From Chiloscyllium plagiosum (Eukaryota), in the NCBI RefSeq assembly GCF_004010195.1, contig NC_057718.1:88678200-88698199 (forward strand): a stretch of 20,000 bases of DNA, written 5' to 3'. Position numbers and translations under genes: made by a program. Under the pieces are notes generated by a model that saw only the letters and a program-made list of their open reading frames with translations, was not told where the DNA came from and ran no database searches. Positions 19,916-20,000 of this stretch are shown in pieces (positions within the stretch are counted from its first letter, which is position 1; each line of letters opens with the position of its first letter).

Positions 19916-20000
19916 TTGGCTGTAATTGAAGCTCTTCCTCAGACTCCACGATTGTGTGTATTTGCTGTTTAACATGGCATAACATTCTAGTTTTAAATGT

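Overview
Eukaryotic, repeat-dense DNA, almost certainly from a cartilaginous fish (HE1-type SINEs, shark-type CR1 LINEs and Penelope-like elements). No intact protein-coding gene is evident. Most of the window is nested, decayed transposable elements: several CR1 LINEs (two near full length), three HE1 SINEs, a fossil Harbinger/PIF transposase, a young CpG-rich solo LTR with a 4-bp TSD, and Penelope-like (PLE) fragments. Three different PLE-type fragments each carry a minimal hammerhead-ribozyme motif; one of these sits in the loop of a ~150-nt fold-back. The most unusual signals are two templated insertions. (1) A perfect 60-bp inverted copy of the LTR/host junction (6944-7003) lies 10.5 kb away at 17500-17559, between two copies of an 87-bp duplication. 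(2) An older ~550-bp inverted copy of a CR1/PLE junction is bracketed by a 33-bp direct repeat (5634-6242) and followed by a further partial copy. Two short minus-strand candidate exons lie in non-repeat islands and are unverified. Family names come from hand translation and recall of family motifs, not from database searches, and the boundaries of decayed elements are approximate.
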